64,000 bases of DNA, from assembly GCA_964635565.1 (NCBI GenBank), contig CAZWON010000003.1:5345-69344 (forward strand). Reading direction: 5' to 3'. The notes under the pieces were generated by a model that worked only from the letters and a program-made list of their open reading frames with translations, did no database searches and was not told where the DNA came from. The DNA comes from an uncultured Planctomycetia bacterium (GTDB lineage: Bacteria; Omnitrophota; Gorgyraeia; Duberdicusellales; 4484-171). This document shows positions 21,288 to 30,877 of the stretch, in pieces; position 1 is the first letter of the stretch, and every line of letters begins with the position of its first letter. The translations under genes were made by a program, and so were the position numbers.

Positions 21288-21357
21288 TGCCCGGTGAGGA
21301 CTCGAACCTCAAAACCCAGATCCAAATTCTGGTGTGTTACCAATTACACCACCGGGC
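21288..21357 (-). tRNA. tRNA-Gln (anticodon UUG)
   Basis: Minus-strand sequence GCCCGGTGGTGTAATTGGTAACACACCAGAATTTGGATCTGGGTTTTGAGGTTCGAGTCCTCACCGGGCA. Acceptor stem GCCCGGT/ACCGGGC, D-stem GTGT/ACAC, anticodon stem CCAGA/TCTGG with loop ATTTGGA (anticodon TTG), T-arm GAGG-TTCGAGT-CCTC, discriminator A. CCA is not encoded. Confidence 0.8.
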
Positions 21358-21561
21358 AATAAAATTAAAACTCTTATTTCTAAAACCTGTTTTAAAAATC
21401 CCTAATACATCAGAACAAATCCTGCATCCGGTATGTTACCATTACACCCTACTCTCCCTCTTTTTTAAAAACTCAAAAAAACCATCTCAACGTAAAAATC
21501 TCCTTCTTCTAAAGGAAAGCGGGATATATATGCCCTGGTAATCTTTAGTACTTAAATCTTT

Positions 21562-21969
21562 TTAGGTAGAACTTTCCTGTTTGTCTGAGGTCTCTTTATG
21601 TTCAGAAGACTTCTCTTTGTAGTATGCATCTAAAACTTTACTTTGAAGATAATCTCTAAACTCTTGATTTATAGGATGCGCCAAGTCTTGATGTGTGCCT
21701 TGTTTATCTTTGGAAATATCTTTTGGTGGCGGAGGAAGCTGTACTCCACAGTAACTACAATATTTTCCCCCTACATCTACTTTTCTTCCGCAGCGAGGAC
21801 AAAACTGTTTTAACTTTCTTGCTGGCATGGCTACAAAAAGACCATTGTTGCCTTCGATTACTTTAATATTTCTCACTACGAAAGAATTATCAAAAGTTAC
21901 TGTTGCATACGCCTTCAATCTTTTACCTTCTCCTTCCCGAAGAGAAACTCTTACTTCTGTAATATCCAT
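21562..21969 (-). CDS. spoVG: SpoVG family protein with an internal Cys4 zinc-ribbon insertion
   Basis: MDITEVRVSL...YATVTFDNSFVVRNIKVIEGNNGLFVAMPARK ... DLAHPINQEFRDYLQSKVLDAY matches SpoVG. About 40 aa containing CPRCG...CSYCG are inserted in place of the usual TPDGEF loop. Confidence 0.8.
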   Translation of the reverse strand: MDITEVRVSLREGEGKRLKAYATVTFDNSFVVRNIKVIEGNNGLFVAMPARKLKQFCPRCGRKVDVGGKYCSYCGVQLPPPPKDISKDKQGTHQDLAHPINQEFRDYLQSKVLDAYYKEKSSEHKETSDKQESST

Positions 21970-21984
21970 AAAGAACCCCTCCTT

Positions 21985-22908
21985 TTAATAAGTTTGTGCC
22001 AAAAAAACTAAAAAACCCTTCTCCCGCATTTTTTGTGCCAGGGCATTAATCTTTTTCTTTATAGTGTGAGAGTAATTTCTTAATAGGACAAATAATGTAC
22101 TTCCCGATCCTGTTAATTGACAAAAAAAACCTCCCTTTCTAAAAGATATCTTAATATCTCTTAGTTTTTTACACACAGCCATTGCACTTTTCTCTAAAGC
22201 ATTGTAGCTCGTTTTTTCCACTAGAAGATAATCTTGTCTTTTTAAAGCATGAATTAATATATTAACATTGTCAATAAATTTTGTCAAACCAACTTTTGTT
22301 TTCCTATAAATATCCGCAGTGGAAATCGGGATATTAGGATAGACTAAAAGATAATGCAACCTTGTACTTATATCAAGAGGTTTTACTTTTTCTCCCCTTC
22401 CTTCTACATAAGCCCAAGGACACTCTGCAAGAAAAAAATTAACATCACTCCCTAACTGTCTGCCTATTTTTGTCAATTCTTCAAAGCTCAGCTTCAAATT
22501 TAATATCTTATTGACTCCTAAAATAACAGAAGCAGCATTCGAAGAGCCCCCTCCTAAACCACCTCCTATAGGAATATTTTTTTTTAAATAAATATTTAAT
22601 CCATATTTTAGATTGTATTTCTCCTTTAATAGAGAGGCAACTTTTACACATAAATTATCTTCTTTCTCTAAATTTTTTTTATTACAAGAAAAATATATAT
22701 CCTCTCCAGAAGTAACTTCTATAGTTATCTCATCAAACAGATTAATCCTGTTTATAATACTTTCAATCTTATGAAATCCATCTCTGTATTGTTCTATTAT
22801 ATTAAGGTAAAGATTTATTTTGGCAGGAGAATAAACCTTAATTCTTTGAGGAACGGATAAAATCTTCCACTTTTTTTGCAATATAGGGACTCGCCAGCTC
22901 ATAAGCAT
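21985..22908 (-). CDS. ispE: 4-diphosphocytidyl-2-C-methyl-D-erythritol kinase
   Basis: SPAKINLYLNI, GHMP kinase motif PIGGGLGGGSSNAA. The ORF is open back to 22950, but the real start is probably one of the internal Met codons (22908 or 22902). Even so it overlaps the transketolase C-subunit gene by about 65 nt. Confidence 0.82.
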   Translation of the reverse strand: MLMSWRVPILQKKWKILSVPQRIKVYSPAKINLYLNIIEQYRDGFHKIESIINRINLFDEITIEVTSGEDIYFSCNKKNLEKEDNLCVKVASLLKEKYNLKYGLNIYLKKNIPIGGGLGGGSSNAASVILGVNKILNLKLSFEELTKIGRQLGSDVNFFLAECPWAYVEGRGEKVKPLDISTRLHYLLVYPNIPISTADIYRKTKVGLTKFIDNVNILIHALKRQDYLLVEKTSYNALEKSAMAVCKKLRDIKISFRKGGFFCQLTGSGSTLFVLLRNYSHTIKKKINALAQKMREKGFLVFLAQTY

Positions 22909-23776
22909 TGAGTAATTCTTCTGGTGACCCTGATTGACCAAAACGGTCATTTACGCCTACACTCTCTACCCACACAGGACACTTTTTACTCAGGATTTCA
23001 CATACACTAGAATACAATCCTCCGGTTGTCTGATGCTCCTCACATACAATAATCCGTTTATAGCGTTTTGCTAAACTTATTATAAGTTCCTCATCTATAG
23101 GTTTTATTGTATGAATATTAACTATAGTAGCGGAAATCCCTTTACTCTTAAGAATCTTATTAGCTTCTAAAGCTTGATATACCATAATTCCACAGGCAAT
23201 TATTACTAAATCTCTGCCCTCTTCTAAAATATAACCCTTACCCAGAATAAATTTCTTTTTATTCTTTAAGGTAGGAACTTTGGCTCTCCCTAGTCTAATA
23301 TAAAAAGGCCCAGAAGTTTCATAGGCACTTAATACAGCATATTTTGTCTCTAAAGCATCCGCAGGTACTATGATTTTAATATTAGGAATAGACCTTAATA
23401 AAGCTATATCTTCTAAAGCTTGGTGAGAAGAACCGTCCTCTCCTACGGTAATACCCGCATGAGTAGCAACTATTTTCACGTTAAAATTGTTATAACATAT
23501 CGTATTTCTTATCTGATCAAGAGGCCGTGCTGTAGCAAACATTGCAAATGTAGAGACAAAGACAACTTTTCCACAGCTGGCAAAACCAGCGGAAGCAGCC
23601 ATCATATTCTGTTCTGCTACCCCAAAATTAAAAAATCTCTCAGGAAATTCTTTAGCAAACATAGAAGTACGTGTTGAACCAGAAAGATCAGCATCTAAAA
23701 CCACAATGTTACTATCTTTTCGTCCCAATTCTAAAAGAGTCTTCCCATAAATATCCCGCGCGTATAATAGTTCCAT
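22838..23776 (-). CDS. Transketolase, C-terminal subunit (pyrimidine-binding and C-terminal domains)
   Basis: FGVAEQNMMAASAGFA..., 312 aa; forms a split transketolase with the upstream gene. Confidence 0.88.
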   Translation of the reverse strand: MELLYARDIYGKTLLELGRKDSNIVVLDADLSGSTRTSMFAKEFPERFFNFGVAEQNMMAASAGFASCGKVVFVSTFAMFATARPLDQIRNTICYNNFNVKIVATHAGITVGEDGSSHQALEDIALLRSIPNIKIIVPADALETKYAVLSAYETSGPFYIRLGRAKVPTLKNKKKFILGKGYILEEGRDLVIIACGIMVYQALEANKILKSKGISATIVNIHTIKPIDEELIISLAKRYKRIIVCEEHQTTGGLYSSVCEILSKKCPVWVESVGVNDRFGQSGSPEELLNAYELASPYIAKKVEDFIRSSKN

Positions 23777-23781
23777 TCTAT

Positions 23782-24618
23782 TCAGTTAATATCTTCCAAT
23801 AATCTCTTATCCAACTCCTCCAAGGCAATTTTCTTCTCCTCTTCTGAAGGGGCCCTACCATGAAAATCTACCACATTCTCCATAAAAGAAATTCCTTTAC
23901 CCTTTATTGTTTGAGCGATAATTACTGTGGGTTTACCTTTAACTGTTTGGGCCTTATTAAAACACTCCAAAAGCTCTTCTATATTATGACCATCACATTG
24001 AACTACATACCAACCAAAGGCTGTCCATTTATCCACCAAGGGTTCTAAATCTATAACTTCCTCTACTCTCCCATCTATTTGAAAATGATTATAATCTACA
24101 ATCCCACAAAGATTATCAACCTTAAAGTGTGCTGCTGCCATTGCTGCTTCCCATATATTACCTTCCTGTAATTCTCCATCCCCCATAAGGCAATACACAC
24201 GGTAGTATTGTCTATCAAGCTTACCTGCTAAACCCATCCCCAACGCAACACTTAAACCCTGCCCCAATGATCCACTTCCCACATCTATACCAGGTATGCG
24301 GGAATCAGAATGACCTTGGAGAAGGGCGCCGAACTTTCTAAGATTCCAAAGCTTATCTTTATCAAAATAACCACATAAAGCCAACGCAGCATAAAGTGCT
24401 GGACAAGCATGCCCTTTAGAAAGGTGAAATCTATCTCTCTGTGGCCAATTAGGGTCTCTGGGATTATGGCGCAATACATCAAAGAAAAGGCAGGTAATTA
24501 TCTCTGTAGAAGATAAAGAACCGCCGGGATGTCCACTTCTTGCACGAGCAAGCATCTCAATTATCAACCTTCTTATCTCATTCGCCTTTTGTCTGAGATT
24601 TTTTATCTTCTCTTTCAT
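23782..24618 (-). CDS. Transketolase, N-terminal subunit (TPP-binding)
   Basis: RSGHPGGSLSSTEIITCLFF..., GDG TPP motif (MGDGELQEGNIWEA); 278 aa. Confidence 0.88.
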   Translation of the reverse strand: MKEKIKNLRQKANEIRRLIIEMLARARSGHPGGSLSSTEIITCLFFDVLRHNPRDPNWPQRDRFHLSKGHACPALYAALALCGYFDKDKLWNLRKFGALLQGHSDSRIPGIDVGSGSLGQGLSVALGMGLAGKLDRQYYRVYCLMGDGELQEGNIWEAAMAAAHFKVDNLCGIVDYNHFQIDGRVEEVIDLEPLVDKWTAFGWYVVQCDGHNIEELLECFNKAQTVKGKPTVIIAQTIKGKGISFMENVVDFHGRAPSEEEKKIALEELDKRLLEDIN

Positions 24619-25567
24619 ACTCAGTGATTTTCTCTTTCAACGATTTACTTTGAGGGTCTAATTCCAACCCCTTCTTATAATAATCAAGGGCAATATCTAT
24701 ATCGTTAAGTTTAATATACAAATCTCCTATATGCTCATAAATTACAGGATCTTTAGTATTACTAACTGCCTTTTTTAGATATTCCTCCGCCTTCTTGTAA
24801 GATTGGCGCTTAAAATATACCCATCCTAAACTATCAAGGTAAGCACCATTATTAGGATCCTGCTCCAAAGCTTTTTTAATCATTTCCTCTGCTTTATCTA
24901 AATTTATACCTTCCTCTGCATATACATAACCTAATGCATTCAATGTATTAACGTGCGAAGGATTTTCTTCGAGAATCTTCTCCCATATCTCAATTGCCTT
25001 CTCTCTGTTACCTTTTTCATCATATAGATAGCCCAGAAGATAACGAGCATCAATATAATCAGGATGTATCTTTACAATTGTTTCATATAATCTTATAGCA
25101 TCATCTATTCTTTTCCTGTAGAAATAAAACTGAGCTAAATATTCAGAAACTTTGGTATCTTGAGGGCGAAGCTGATGTGCTTTCTCTAAAAACTCTCCAT
25201 ATTCATCTTCTAACTCTTTATTTTTACCTAAATAAGAGTAAAGAAAAATAAGACCCAACGAAGCTTCTAAGTTCTGAGAATCTAATTTTTTAACTTCTTT
25301 AAGTTCCTTTTCTGCCTCTTTCAGTTTCCCTAACCTTACCAATACAAAAGATATCTTTATCCTAATATCACTGGAATCGGGATCTATGCTTTTTGCCTTG
25401 TTAAATGCTTCCAGCGCCTCTTTATATTTCCCCTCATTAAAATAAGAAAGTCCCTTAAGATAGTTACCGTAAAGAAAAGAGAGGTTTTTTTGGCTAAAAG
25501 AAAAAACAGGGAAAGAAAAAAATAATACTATACTACTTACAAGAGCAAAAATAAAGATTTTTTTCAT
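24578..25567 (-). CDS. Secreted or lipoprotein TPR-repeat protein
   Basis: Signal peptide followed by about seven TPR-like repeats (A..Y..AL..DP patterns). Confidence 0.65.
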   Translation of the reverse strand: MKKIFIFALVSSIVLFFSFPVFSFSQKNLSFLYGNYLKGLSYFNEGKYKEALEAFNKAKSIDPDSSDIRIKISFVLVRLGKLKEAEKELKEVKKLDSQNLEASLGLIFLYSYLGKNKELEDEYGEFLEKAHQLRPQDTKVSEYLAQFYFYRKRIDDAIRLYETIVKIHPDYIDARYLLGYLYDEKGNREKAIEIWEKILEENPSHVNTLNALGYVYAEEGINLDKAEEMIKKALEQDPNNGAYLDSLGWVYFKRQSYKKAEEYLKKAVSNTKDPVIYEHIGDLYIKLNDIDIALDYYKKGLELDPQSKSLKEKITEYEREDKKSQTKGE

Positions 25568-25679
25568 TATGCTTATTTGTTCTTATGTCGTTGTTGTTTC
25601 CTTCTTTTTTTAAACCAGTGTCTTTTTACTTTCTTCAACTTTTTTTTTCTTCCACATGGCATAATTGTCCTCCCTACCG

Positions 25680-26555
25680 TCAATAAATAAGCTTATTTAA
25701 AGGGTACTCAATAATTCCCTGGGCACCTTTTTCTTTAAGCTTAGGAATTAAATCCCGTACCTTTTTCTCCTCAATAATTACCTCCAAAGCATACCAATTT
25801 TTAAGAGTTAAAGGAGAAATGGTCGGATTCTTAAGGGAAGGAAGGAGGGTCAATATTTTTTTTAAATCTTTACCTTTCACATTCAACTTAAGACCTACCC
25901 TACCATCTGCTTCTAAAGCTCCCTTAAGAAGTAGAATGAGATAGTCTATCTTCTTCTTTTTCCACTTATCCTTATATGAGCTTTTATTGGCAATGAACTG
26001 CGTAGTAGAAATACAAATGGTAGCAATTTCCTTTAAGCCATTTGCTTTAAGAGACTGGCCTGTTTCAGTAAGTTCAACTATAGCATCTACAAGACCACTT
26101 TTTACCTTTACCTCTGTGGCTCCCCAACTAAATTCTACATCGACTTTGATTCTTTTCTTTTTAAAAAAACGCTTTGTAAAATTAACTAACTCCGTAGCGA
26201 CTCTCCTTCCTTCCAAATCGGTAAGCTTTTTTATAGAAGAATCTTCTCTCACAGCAACTACCCAACGCACGGGCTGTTTTGTTCGCTTGGCGTAGACAAG
26301 CTCTGCGAGCTTTAAAACCTTGGAGTTATTTTCTATTATCCAATCTTCTCCCGTAATCCCACAGTCTAAAATACCTTTCTCTACGTAATGAGAAAGTTCC
26401 TGAGCTCTTACCAAAACAGGCTTAATTTGATTATCGTCAATAGAAGGAAAATAAGAACGACCTTCTACATTAATCTCAAACCCTGCTTTTTTAAATAAAG
26501 AAATGGTTTTATCCTGTAAACTTCCTTTAGGGAGACCTAACTTTAATATCTTCAT
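25680..26555 (-). CDS. hisG: ATP phosphoribosyltransferase (long form with C-terminal regulatory domain)
   Basis: MKILKLGLPKGSL N-terminus, ...DAIVELTETGQSLKANGL..., C-terminal LPSLKNPTISPL...; 291 aa. No other his genes nearby. Confidence 0.78.
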   Translation of the reverse strand: MKILKLGLPKGSLQDKTISLFKKAGFEINVEGRSYFPSIDDNQIKPVLVRAQELSHYVEKGILDCGITGEDWIIENNSKVLKLAELVYAKRTKQPVRWVVAVREDSSIKKLTDLEGRRVATELVNFTKRFFKKKRIKVDVEFSWGATEVKVKSGLVDAIVELTETGQSLKANGLKEIATICISTTQFIANKSSYKDKWKKKKIDYLILLLKGALEADGRVGLKLNVKGKDLKKILTLLPSLKNPTISPLTLKNWYALEVIIEEKKVRDLIPKLKEKGAQGIIEYPLNKLIY

Positions 26556-26749
26556 AGTATTAACCTCAAAGCGAATTAAAATTATACAATTTTAAATATA
26601 ATTTGTAAAGTAAAGTTTTTATAACAACCAAAAAGCACCTTTCCCTAACCAGCCACTTACAACTTTTATAATCACCTTCTTTTAGAACTAATTCTTTACG
26701 GACTGATTTTGGTGATGGAATCAGATAATGTATAAAATAGAAAACTTCT

Positions 26750-27832
26750 TTATTTCTCTTTATCTCTACTCAATATTTGTTTTACAGCATCGAATACTTC
26801 CTTTACTCTGATATCACGCAAACATTTCTTATCATACAAACATCCTCTAAATTTAAACATTTTATAACAAGGCCTACAGGGAATGTCTTTCTTAATTACT
26901 ATCCCTAAAGTCTCATTAGGATATAACCCATATACATTTTCATCTACAGGTCCAAATAATACTACAACTTTTTTCCCCAGAGCCTGAGCAATATGTAAAG
27001 GCCCTCCATCATTAGTAACTACAAGGTCGCAAAAAGAAAGGACACTGCAAAATTCTTTAAGTGTTAACTTGCCCGCCAAATTCACTGGCTTAAAGTTAGA
27101 AAGATTATATACTTTATCAACAACAGAAATCTCCTTAGAAGAACCAAAAAGAACTACTTTTGCTTCCAATTCTTTGATAAGTAAATTCACAAGATAAGCA
27201 AAATATTGCTCTGGCCATCTCTTATAATAAGCTCTCTCATTCCAGCTGTCACCTGAACCAGGGACTAAACCAATGAGCAAATCATCTCTTTTTATATTGT
27301 ACTTCTCTAAGAATACCTCTGCTTTCTCCCAATCTTCTTTCTTAAAAAAAATGTCAAACTTATAGTCCCTCGTCGGTATATTAAGAAACTTGGCTAATTC
27401 TAAATAGTAATGTGCCACGTGTTTATCTTTATAATATAAGATATTAATCTTGTGAGTTAAAAAATGTCTTCTGTTCTTAAAGCTGAAACCTATTCGTTTT
27501 TTTATATAGAGAGTTTTTAAAAAAAGTCTATAATAAGGGTTCAAAGATAAATCAAAAACAACATCATATTTTTCCTTTTTAATATTTCTCCAGAATGAAA
27601 CGGCTCTTTTTAAAAAAGATACTTTTGACCTTCTTAAATCTTTCCTCCACTCGTCTTTTTCAAAAATAAAAACTTTATCTAAGAAAATATTATCTTCAAG
27701 TAAAGGAAATGTTCGGCGATTAGAAATATAACCAATATAGCTGGAAGGTAAATGCTCTTTTATGTTTCTTATAAGAGGAGTAGTAAAAAGTACATCTCCT
27801 ATGCCAAAAGGATTAAAAATAAGTATTTTCAT
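26750..27832 (-). CDS. Glycosyltransferase family 9 (LPS heptosyltransferase-like)
   Basis: MKILIFNPFGIGDVLFTTPLIRNIK N-terminus typical of RfaC/RfaF/WaaQ heptosyltransferases. Confidence 0.8.
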   Translation of the reverse strand: MKILIFNPFGIGDVLFTTPLIRNIKEHLPSSYIGYISNRRTFPLLEDNIFLDKVFIFEKDEWRKDLRRSKVSFLKRAVSFWRNIKKEKYDVVFDLSLNPYYRLFLKTLYIKKRIGFSFKNRRHFLTHKINILYYKDKHVAHYYLELAKFLNIPTRDYKFDIFFKKEDWEKAEVFLEKYNIKRDDLLIGLVPGSGDSWNERAYYKRWPEQYFAYLVNLLIKELEAKVVLFGSSKEISVVDKVYNLSNFKPVNLAGKLTLKEFCSVLSFCDLVVTNDGGPLHIAQALGKKVVVLFGPVDENVYGLYPNETLGIVIKKDIPCRPCYKMFKFRGCLYDKKCLRDIRVKEVFDAVKQILSRDKEK

Positions 27833-27837
27833 AGAAA

Positions 27838-29214
27838 CTAATAAGTATCGAACCTCTTTATATCATCTTCACCGAGGTAACTGCCAATTTGCACCTCAAT
27901 AACAATCGTCATCTTAGAGGTAGGGTTATAAACTTTATGCCTTATTCCTTTGGGAACATAAATACTTTCATTTTTCTTAATCAGGAATTTCTTCTCCCCT
28001 AGGGTAACTTCTGCTTTCCCTTCTACAATATTCCAATGTTCACTCCGATACCTATGCCGTTGTAAAGAGATAAACTTTTTAGGGTATATTCCTATCTCCT
28101 TTACCTTATAATTATTTCTTTCTATAAGAATAGTATAGTAACCCCACGGTCTATATACCGTGGCACTCTCTTTAACATGGGGAATCTTTTTCTTTCTTAA
28201 ATAAACTGTGAAATCCTTCACTCTATCTGATTCACCTCTTTTCATTATAAGGATGGAATCAGAACTCTCTATAAGAAGTATATCTCTAACTCCCAGCATA
28301 CCAACGAACTTTTCTGGAGAAAAGGAAAAGCATCTTTCACTATCAAAGAACTCCGCATTTCCAATACTGATGTTGTTTTCTCCCGAAGAGAAATAATCCC
28401 ATACACTTTCCCAACTCCCCATATCAGACCATTTAGCTTTAAGTTCTAATAACACAGCTCGTTGGGTTTTCTGCATAATGGCATAGTCTATAGAACGAGA
28501 AGGGCATTTAATAAAATTAGAAAATACATCATGGTAACTTCCAAGCGTATACTTAAAAATATCAGGGGCATATTGCTTCAACTCATCAAAAAATACTTCT
28601 CCCTTAAAAACAAAAACTCCTGCATTCCAATAAGCATTTTTTTTCAGCAACCATTTTATTTTATACTTTGAGGGTTTTTCTACAAACTCAAAAACTTTAT
28701 ATCCCCATAAGATTTTCTTCCCCTTTAGAATATACCCATAGCCGGGATTAGCAGAATAAGGCCTTATTCCAAAAACTACCACATAACCATTATCCGCTAA
28801 TACCTGCGCTTTCTTCAATGTTTCAATAAACTTACTGACAGGCTTAATAATGTGGTCTGAAGGAAAAACAAAGAAAATCTCTTCCCTGAACTTTTTCTGT
28901 GACTTCATTGCTAAAACAACAGCAGGGGCTGTACTTTTAGGATAAGGTTCTAAGATAATATTCTTTTTAAGATGTGCTTTTGTTTTCCTATTAATATTTA
29001 AAAGATTGTCAATCTGATTAATAATGTGGAACTTATAACTTAAAGAAGTAACAACAATGATATCTTTTGCTTCAAAATACTTAAGAAGCCTCTTTACTGT
29101 AAGCTGGAACAGAGATTCTTTCTTTATAAATTCCACAAACTGTTTGGGATAATTCTCCCTTGATAATGGCCACAGTCTTGTCCCTTTCCCTCCTCCTAAA
29201 ACTATTGCTTTCAT
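27838..29214 (-). CDS. manC: Mannose-1-phosphate guanylyltransferase / mannose-6-phosphate isomerase (type II PMI, cupin C-terminus)
   Basis: MKAIVLGGGKGTRLWPLSRENYPKQF nucleotidyltransferase N-terminus; C-terminal cupin motif HRYRSEHWNIVEGKAEVTLG; 458 aa. Confidence 0.8.
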   Translation of the reverse strand: MKAIVLGGGKGTRLWPLSRENYPKQFVEFIKKESLFQLTVKRLLKYFEAKDIIVVTSLSYKFHIINQIDNLLNINRKTKAHLKKNIILEPYPKSTAPAVVLAMKSQKKFREEIFFVFPSDHIIKPVSKFIETLKKAQVLADNGYVVVFGIRPYSANPGYGYILKGKKILWGYKVFEFVEKPSKYKIKWLLKKNAYWNAGVFVFKGEVFFDELKQYAPDIFKYTLGSYHDVFSNFIKCPSRSIDYAIMQKTQRAVLLELKAKWSDMGSWESVWDYFSSGENNISIGNAEFFDSERCFSFSPEKFVGMLGVRDILLIESSDSILIMKRGESDRVKDFTVYLRKKKIPHVKESATVYRPWGYYTILIERNNYKVKEIGIYPKKFISLQRHRYRSEHWNIVEGKAEVTLGEKKFLIKKNESIYVPKGIRHKVYNPTSKMTIVIEVQIGSYLGEDDIKRFDTY

Positions 29215-29221
29215 TACATTT

Positions 29222-29260
29222 AGTCAATGGTCAATGGTCGAAAGTCAATGGTCAATCATA
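29222..29260. repeat. Imperfect tandem heptad repeat (GTCAATG x4-5) in the manC upstream intergenic region
   Basis: tagtcaatg gtcaatg gtcgaaa gtcaatg gtcaatc, read directly from the sequence. Confidence 0.7.
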
Positions 29261-29358
29261 TCCTTCGTTACGCGTTACTCATTACTATTCGCTCCACCCT
29301 TCAACCTCCATCCTAATCTCTAACTATAAGCTAATAGCTAAAAACTATGAGTTATTTT

Positions 29359-30870
29359 CTATTCGCTATTTTCTTTCTTTTGAATCTCCCTCACTTTCTT
29401 TGAGAAATAACCTCCTGTATAAGCATCTAAAGACGCAGTTAGTTCTCTTAACCTGATTTCATCTTTAAATCTCTCACTTCTATCTTTGTACTCTTTACTT
29501 CTTAATCTCTGTTTAACCTTAAGACGTTCAAAATAGGTTGTATTTATATCATCAAGGATGCTTATACGAAGTTGAGTTACCAGACGACTACGTGTATCAA
29601 CCTCATCCTCATAAGAATTCCATATCAAGTTGGCAATATCCCAGGAAAAGCTTACTCCCCAGTCTTTTGGTCCTATAGCAAAATTCCCACTGGAGCTTCC
29701 ATAAACTGTCTTATCGTAATCTAGGCTTATACTGGGGAAAAAAGCACGGTATTTCAATGCCCTGCGCCACTTTCTAATCTTAGAAGGGTCTACCTCATTA
29801 TAGATAAGAGCTGCTTCCTGTACTTCTCTAATGGAAGGTTCATTTTTGCAAAGTTCATCAAATTCTCTCCATGACGTTGCTTTTGTAAACCTATCCTGAT
29901 AAAATAAACCTTTTGAAGTAGCTACAAAAAGAACACCTTTACGGTTAAAATCAACACTGAAAATATTTCTTGTTGGTAAACCTTCAAATAGAGGAAGTGA
30001 ATCATTTGAAGTAATGTCTGCTAAATATATTCCTCTATCAGTAGCTAAATAAATCTTGTTCTTCTCAAGATGACTTTGAGCGATATCTTTAATGTTAAGT
30101 TTATCTATACCTGATAAGGATATTTTCACCCAGCTTCTCCCTCTATCATAAGAAACAAAAAGACCCCGTTGTGTACCTGCATATATACGTCCGGGATAAA
30201 AAATATCATGAATGATTATACCATTACTAACATCTCCCTCATTACTCTCCTCTTCAATTTCTTCTTCATTAATTGCAGTATGTTTAAACACAAGACTTCT
30301 TTTAAACCCTTCTCTGTTGTGTGCTACATAAATACCATCTTCTGTGGCTATAAATATCTCATTTCCTGAACAATCAATAGAATATACTGAACGGTGAGGT
30401 AACCCTTTAAGGACTTTCCACTTCCATATATTTTCTTCTGCATAATACACACCTTCTGTAGTACCTAAATAGAATATTTTTCCGCACTTCTTAATACAAC
30501 TTCCTTTTACTTCAGGGGGAAAATTGAAAATCTTCTTCTTTGTATTACTACTGAACCAATAGAGAGCATAATCCGTAACCAGATAGAAGACATCATAAAC
30601 ATATTTATCGGCATATATATCCTGTATCTGGCCACTTTCTGAGACAAAAATTTTTTTCCACTGTCTCCCTCCATTAGTACTCTTAAAAAGAGAATTTAAA
30701 CCTCTCACATAAATAATATTGTCGTCCAGTGGATTAACACAGACTTTCCTAATCAATGTTTCTTCTATCCCTCTAACCTTTATAAATAAAGGATGTGCTT
30801 CTCCCAGCAAAGAAAAACATAAAATAATCCCTCCCATTAACTTCACTTTTCTTCTTGCATTCTTACCCAT
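29359..30870 (-). CDS. Secreted BNR/Asp-box (Ycf48-like) repeat protein with a C-terminal helical/charged domain
   Basis: Signal peptide; BNR-like motifs STNGGRQWKKI and SYDRGRSWVKI; propeller-like repeats (GIYVA, GIYLA, GLFYQD); 503 aa. No specific family recognised. Confidence 0.5.
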   Translation of the reverse strand: MGKNARRKVKLMGGIILCFSLLGEAHPLFIKVRGIEETLIRKVCVNPLDDNIIYVRGLNSLFKSTNGGRQWKKIFVSESGQIQDIYADKYVYDVFYLVTDYALYWFSSNTKKKIFNFPPEVKGSCIKKCGKIFYLGTTEGVYYAEENIWKWKVLKGLPHRSVYSIDCSGNEIFIATEDGIYVAHNREGFKRSLVFKHTAINEEEIEEESNEGDVSNGIIIHDIFYPGRIYAGTQRGLFVSYDRGRSWVKISLSGIDKLNIKDIAQSHLEKNKIYLATDRGIYLADITSNDSLPLFEGLPTRNIFSVDFNRKGVLFVATSKGLFYQDRFTKATSWREFDELCKNEPSIREVQEAALIYNEVDPSKIRKWRRALKYRAFFPSISLDYDKTVYGSSSGNFAIGPKDWGVSFSWDIANLIWNSYEDEVDTRSRLVTQLRISILDDINTTYFERLKVKQRLRSKEYKDRSERFKDEIRLRELTASLDAYTGGYFSKKVREIQKKENSE

Positions 30871-30877
30871 ACTTTAC

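Noticed and set aside
24285-24482. 65-aa minus-strand ORF
   Set aside because: Out-of-frame inside the transketolase N-subunit gene.
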